DNA of 64,000 nucleotides. It comes from Desulfobacterales bacterium (GTDB lineage Bacteria > Desulfobacterota > Desulfobacteria > Desulfobacterales > UBA2174). This document shows, one piece after another, positions 59,720 to 64,000 of this stretch. The stretch lies in assembly GCA_963668645.2 (NCBI GenBank), contig CAXXWC010000010.1, forward strand, positions 426,262-490,261. Direction: 5' to 3'. The position numbers and the translations under genes were made by a program. Numbering within the stretch: position 1 is the first letter of the stretch; the number at the start of each line of letters is the position of its first letter. The notes below the pieces were generated by a model, which was not told the origin of the DNA, did no database searches, and was given only the letters and a program-made list of their open reading frames with translations.

Positions 59720-61081
59720 TCAGAACCTGGGTGCCCCCCAGAACCCGAGCACCCGGATCAGGACGAGGCAAAGGACCAGGACGGCGGCAAAGACCAGGCA
59801 GGTCAGCGCCACGCTCCAGTGCCACCAGACCGGCGCGTTTACCAGGACCATGCTCCCAACGATGACCGGCATGGCGATGACGTTCATCAGGCCGATTTCG
59901 ATGGCCACCGGGGTCTTGAATTCCGGATCGACGATGCGCAGCAGCAGCAGGCCGCTGGACACCGTACCGGTACAGGTGCCGTAAATCGTCAGGGTACGCT
60001 CCAGGGCCAGGTCGCCGAGACGGCGCCCCAGATAGACCACCACGGCGGTGGTGGCCGCACCGCTGAGCAGGCACATGACGCTGATGGGCAGGATATACTG
60101 CCATACCACCACCACCTGGATCGCCATAACGGTGGCCACGATCAGGTAGTCAACCGACCATCCGGTAATCCGGCGCTGGATCCCCGGATCGATGAGGTGG
60201 TCGATGCCCAGACGCACCATGACCGCCTTGAGGAGCAGAGCGATTCCCATTCCGAAAAAGAAGAAAAATCCCCAGATGATCTTGCCGGCATCGGCCGGCA
60301 GCAAGCTTCCCAGTGCGATGACGAACCCGTAGGTCAGGATGTAGACCAACCCGATCAGGGCCGCCTGGAAGGCGAGGGTGTCGATGTTGCCCGAGTGCAT
60401 GGTCATCTCGCCGGCCGCTTCGTGCGGCTGGTCACGGCCCACGATCCCCGCCAGCACGTCGGCGGATATAGTCCCGGCGCCGTGCTGGGCCAACCCGCGG
60501 CGGATGCCCCAGTTGGCCAGCGGCACGCCGACGAAAAAGGCGAAGAAAAACCCCACGGCGGCAAAAGTCAGGCCGATGGTGGCGGCGTGGCTGAAACCGA
60601 AACCTTCCCAGACCTTGCCGATGGAAAGGGCCTGGCCCGGCCCTTCGGTAAATCCCAAGGGCGCGAAAAACCCGAAGGTGGGAAAGAGATCCTGGCCAAA
60701 AAGGCCGAAGACGATCACGCCCAGCCCGCCGATAATCGCCTGCAGCGGCAGGGTCACGCCCTCGATCAGGGCCATCCACAGCGGCCCTTTGAGCACCCCG
60801 CGCGGTTTGCTTTGGCCTTGGGGCCGGTTTGCCCGTGTCAAACCGACCGAGATGAACGAGATGTTGAAAAAGTGAAAGGCGAACGACTCGATCTGTTTGA
60901 CGTCCAGGCCGACCAGGCCGGTGCTCAGCACGGCCAACCCGAGAACGCCCCCGATCAGGCAGCTGGGAAAGAGAAACCTTTGCAGCAGAGAGACCCTGGC
61001 CCGCAGCCAGACGCCAAGGAGCAGCATCACGGACATGGTACCGAAAACCAGAAACGCGTCGAAGGGAAAGGGACTTTGCAT
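59720..61081 (-). CDS. Sodium/glutamate symporter (GltS-like)
   Basis: LQRFLFPSCLIGG, LGFTEGPGQA, YGTCTGTVSSGLLLLRIVDP. Many TM segments. RBS AAGGAG. Confidence 0.8.
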   Translation of the reverse strand: MQSPFPFDAFLVFGTMSVMLLLGVWLRARVSLLQRFLFPSCLIGGVLGLAVLSTGLVGLDVKQIESFAFHFFNISFISVGLTRANRPQGQSKPRGVLKGPLWMALIEGVTLPLQAIIGGLGVIVFGLFGQDLFPTFGFFAPLGFTEGPGQALSIGKVWEGFGFSHAATIGLTFAAVGFFFAFFVGVPLANWGIRRGLAQHGAGTISADVLAGIVGRDQPHEAAGEMTMHSGNIDTLAFQAALIGLVYILTYGFVIALGSLLPADAGKIIWGFFFFFGMGIALLLKAVMVRLGIDHLIDPGIQRRITGWSVDYLIVATVMAIQVVVVWQYILPISVMCLLSGAATTAVVVYLGRRLGDLALERTLTIYGTCTGTVSSGLLLLRIVDPEFKTPVAIEIGLMNVIAMPVIVGSMVLVNAPVWWHWSVALTCLVFAAVLVLCLVLIRVLGFWGAPRF

Positions 61082-61178
61082 GCAAAATCTCCTTTTTTGC
61101 GGCCTCTCATCGGAGGCCGGGGGAGGCGGCTTCTGCAAAACGGTGCTTTACCCGCTTTGCAGTCTCCGCCAGCGCCAT

Positions 61179-61208
61179 TTGACAGTCAAGAGGGAATCTT
61201 TTTATGAT
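61179..61208 (+). promoter_or_regulatory. Sigma70-like promoter with palindromic -35 region between divergent genes
   Basis: TTGACA-18 bp-TATGAT. TTGAC-A-GTCAA is palindromic and gives TTGACT on the other strand. Confidence 0.5.
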
Positions 61209-61291
61209 CCGGATTTGCGCCGGGCGGCAACAGGACGCCGCCGGCCGATCGCTTGTACCGCTTACCAGAAAACGCAACGGAGAAACCCAGG

Positions 61292-62437
61292 ATGGACATC
61301 AACGATTGGCGCATCATCAACCCCAGCGCCGGCCGGCGGGTGGTGGTGACCCGCATGCTGCCCGGCTCGCGCTGGATCGAAATCCTTTCCAACGCCGGTT
61401 GCCGGGTGGAAATCTGCACCAAGCGCGCAGGTCTTTCAGCGGACCAGATCCGCCTTGCCATCGGCCCGCACTGCGATGGGGTCATCGGTCAGTTGACAGA
61501 ACGCTGGGACGCTGACCGCTTTGCCGCCCTGAAGCAGGCCGGTACCCGGATCTACAGCAACTATGCGGTCGGGTATAACAACCTCGATCTTCAGGCCGCC
61601 ACGGCCTGTCGCATCCCGGTGGGCAATACCCCCGGGGTGCTCACCGAGGCCACCGCCGAGATGGCCGCGGCCCTGACCCTGTCCGCGGCCCGGCGCCTGG
61701 GCGAAGCCGAGCGCTATCTGCGCGCGGGAAGATACGACGGCTGGCAGCCCGATCTTCTTCTGGGGGAACTGATGTGGCGCAAGACCGTCGGGGTGGTCGG
61801 CGCCGGCCGGATCGGATCGGCCTATGCGCGCATGATGATGGAAGGCCACCGGGCCGATATCCTCTATTACGGCCGGCATCCCAACCCGGACCTGGAGCGC
61901 TTTGCCGCTGACTACAACCGCTTTCTTGCCCAGCGGGGCGAAACGGAGCTGCGCTGCCGGCGGGTTGAGGACCTCGACGCCCTGCTTTCCGAGGCCGACT
62001 GCGTGAGCCTGCACACTGCGCTGGACGCCGGCACCCGGCATCTGATCGACGCCCGGCGCCTGGCCCTGATGAAGCCCAACGCCGTGCTGATCAACACCAG
62101 CCGGGGGCCGGTGATCGACGAGGCCGCCCTGGTGGCCCACTGCCGGCGCCATCCGGATTTTCGCGCCGGCCTGGACGTCTTCGAGGACGAGCCGCGCCTG
62201 GCCCCGGGGCTGGACGCGCTGGAAAACGTGGTCATCGTCCCGCACATCGCTTCGGCCACCGGCTGGACCCGCCAAGGCATGGCGATCCTGGCGGCGAGCA
62301 ACGTCGCCGCCGTGCTGGCGGGCCATCCGGTCTGGAACCGTCCGGACGTCTCCTGCTTTCTCGGTGACGATCCGCCCCGGGCCGCACCGAGCATCCTCAA
62401 CGCCGAGTCCCTGGGCTTGGACTTCTGGCAAGAATGA
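61292..62437 (+). CDS. D-glycerate dehydrogenase/hydroxypyruvate reductase (D-2-hydroxyacid dehydrogenase)
   Basis: SNYAVGYNN, GNTPGVLTEATAE, GAGRIG, INTSRGPVIDE, GLDVFEDEP, VPHIASA. Confidence 0.92.
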   Translation: MDINDWRIINPSAGRRVVVTRMLPGSRWIEILSNAGCRVEICTKRAGLSADQIRLAIGPHCDGVIGQLTERWDADRFAALKQAGTRIYSNYAVGYNNLDLQAATACRIPVGNTPGVLTEATAEMAAALTLSAARRLGEAERYLRAGRYDGWQPDLLLGELMWRKTVGVVGAGRIGSAYARMMMEGHRADILYYGRHPNPDLERFAADYNRFLAQRGETELRCRRVEDLDALLSEADCVSLHTALDAGTRHLIDARRLALMKPNAVLINTSRGPVIDEAALVAHCRRHPDFRAGLDVFEDEPRLAPGLDALENVVIVPHIASATGWTRQGMAILAASNVAAVLAGHPVWNRPDVSCFLGDDPPRAAPSILNAESLGLDFWQE

Positions 62438-62481
62438 GTCGGGACCGGGCGAGGGTGGACCGCGATCCCGCCAGACGGCCG

Positions 62482-63786
62482 CTACAGGCTCGCCAGTGCT
62501 TCCTCCAGGATGCCGAGGCCCTTTTCGAGCTGGGCGTCGGAGATCACCAGCGGCATGAGCAGCCGGATCACATTGCCATAACTGCCGCAGTTCAGCAAAA
62601 TCAGCCCCCGGTCGAGACACCGGCCCACCAGGGCCTTGGCCTTGTCACCGGCCGGGGCCTTCGTCCTGCGATCCTCGACCAGTTCCATGGCCAGCATGGG
62701 GCCGATGCCACGCACGTCGCCCACGATTTCGTACCGGGCCTGGAAATCTTCGAGCCGGGGCCGCAGCTTTTCTCCGAGGGCCGCGGCCCGCTGCTCGAGG
62801 GCCTCGGTCTCGAAAATATCGAAGACGGCCAGGGCCGCGGCGCAGGCCACCGGATTGCCGCTGTAGGTGCCGCCAAGGCCGCCGGCATGAACCGCGTCCA
62901 TGATGTCCTTGCGGCCCACCACCGCGCTGAGCGGCATCCCGGCCGCAAGGCTCTTGGCCACCGTGGTGATATCGGCGGCCACCTTCCAGTGCGTCATGGC
63001 AAACATCTTACCGGTGCGGCCCATGCCGGTCTGGATTTCGTCGGCGATCAACAGGATCCCGTGCTCTTTGCAAATCGCCTGGATCTTCGCGAAATACTCC
63101 GGCGGCGGGGTAATGAAGCCGCCTTCGCCCTGAATCGGCTCGGCGATCAGGGCCGCGGTCTGCTCGGGGGCCACGTGTGAAACGAAGAAGTCCCGCAGGT
63201 AATCGGCGCATTGCACCCCGCAATCCGGGTAGGTCAGCCCGAAGCGGCAGCGGTAGCAGTAGGCGCAGGGCATGCGGTAGATTTCTGGCACAAAGGGGCC
63301 GAACCCGTTCTTGTAAGGGTGGACCTTGCTGGTAAGGGACATCCCCAGGCAGGTGCGGCCGTGAAAGGCGTTTTCAAAGGCGATGATCGCCGGCCGCCCG
63401 GTGGCGTAGCGGGCGATCTTGACGGCGTTTTCCACCGCCTCGGCGCCGCTGTTGACCAGTAAAGCGGCCTTGTCGAAGTCACCGGGAGTCGCGGCGACGA
63501 GCTTTTCGGCCACGCGCACAGCCGGTGCATAGGGCAGCAACATGAAGCAGGTGTGGGTGAGCCGGGCCGCCTGATCCTGAATGGCCGCCACGACCTTCGG
63601 GTGGCAATGGCCCACGTTCATCACGGCGATGCCACCGGCGAAATCGATATATTCGCGCCCTTCAACATCCCAGACCAGGGCCCCTTGGGCCCGGTCAGCG
63701 TACCAGGGAGCGCTGCTGGTAACCCCGGCCGGCATGACGGTCTCGCGCAGGCTGGCCAGATCTTGCGAAGCGGTGTTGTCGGTCAT
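62482..63786 (-). CDS. gabT: 4-aminobutyrate--2-oxoglutarate aminotransferase (class III PLP)
   Basis: IDFAGGIAVMNVGH, HTCF, NSGAEAVENAVKIAR, FHGRT, EPIQGEGGF, DEIQTG, AKSLAAG, GGTYSGNP. Confidence 0.9.
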   Translation of the reverse strand: MTDNTASQDLASLRETVMPAGVTSSAPWYADRAQGALVWDVEGREYIDFAGGIAVMNVGHCHPKVVAAIQDQAARLTHTCFMLLPYAPAVRVAEKLVAATPGDFDKAALLVNSGAEAVENAVKIARYATGRPAIIAFENAFHGRTCLGMSLTSKVHPYKNGFGPFVPEIYRMPCAYCYRCRFGLTYPDCGVQCADYLRDFFVSHVAPEQTAALIAEPIQGEGGFITPPPEYFAKIQAICKEHGILLIADEIQTGMGRTGKMFAMTHWKVAADITTVAKSLAAGMPLSAVVGRKDIMDAVHAGGLGGTYSGNPVACAAALAVFDIFETEALEQRAAALGEKLRPRLEDFQARYEIVGDVRGIGPMLAMELVEDRRTKAPAGDKAKALVGRCLDRGLILLNCGSYGNVIRLLMPLVISDAQLEKGLGILEEALASL

Positions 63787-63885
63787 GGAATCGAATCCTT
63801 TCTGTCTTTTCTCGGTGCTTGCCGGCGCCTTGCCGGCCGGATGCAGCCATCAACAGTGAGTTTGTCATCGGACACCTTATCAACC

Positions 63886-64000
63886 TCAAAAATCGAGAAT
63901 CAGGGTCGTGTAGATCCTCGCCGCGTTGATGAGCTGGTCCACCGGTACCACATCTTTAGGCGTGTGGGCCATATATTCGTTGCCCGGCTCCAACCCCACG
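63886..64000 (-). CDS. M20/ArgE-family metallohydrolase, C-terminal end (partial)
   Basis: Own translation gives VGLEPGNEYMAHTPKDVVPVDQLINAARIYTTLILDF*, resembling the GPG..AH..E C-terminal motif. Confidence 0.6.
   Translation of the reverse strand, partial: VGLEPGNEYMAHTPKDVVPVDQLINAARIYTTLILDF

Noticed and set aside
58457..62620. Long antisense ORFs (418, 462 and 394 aa)
   Set aside because: Shadows of the aldo/keto reductase, symporter and dehydrogenase genes.

Overview
A 64-kb stretch of a GC-rich anaerobic bacterial chromosome. Gene content suggests a Desulfobacteraceae/Desulfosarcina-like sulfate reducer, which is an inference. (1) 1-19.3 kb is a + strand catabolic cluster: a xanthine-dehydrogenase-family Mo enzyme whose FAD subunit carries an inserted GltD-like module, a membrane protein, a two-subunit CoA-transferase, truncated larB/larC, hbd, 4-hydroxybutyryl-CoA dehydratase, thiolase, DUF362, and Moco maturation genes (MocA-, MoeA-like, XdhC, SufS/SufU). 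(2) A DisA/DAC-domain gene has its 3' end repeated ~10.6 kb downstream. The repeats bracket an island encoding a divergent isethionate/DHPS-sulfite-lyase-like glycyl radical enzyme, TRAP transporter, SDR, activase, LysR regulator and a HigBA module. (3) 32-45 kb is an accessory region of co-oriented, often AT-rich single genes separated by attC-like sites, resembling a decaying integron cassette array with no integrase visible. It includes a restriction-endonuclease-like gene, two HEPN-motif genes, a fosX fragment and an SF1 helicase-PLD-zinc ribbon fusion, and is hit by an IS3 and an IS66. (4) Signalling genes follow: PhnD-like protein, an IS66-disrupted hybrid kinase, an HD-GYP regulator and a large hybrid kinase. 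The window ends with aldo/keto reductase, GltS-like symporter, glycerate dehydrogenase, GabT and a partial M20 hydrolase. No rRNA, tRNA or CRISPR array was seen. The best candidates for undescribed biology are the sulfonate-lyase-like GRE locus with an altered substrate pocket, the defence-like cassette array, and the Mo-enzyme/4-hydroxybutyrate cluster.
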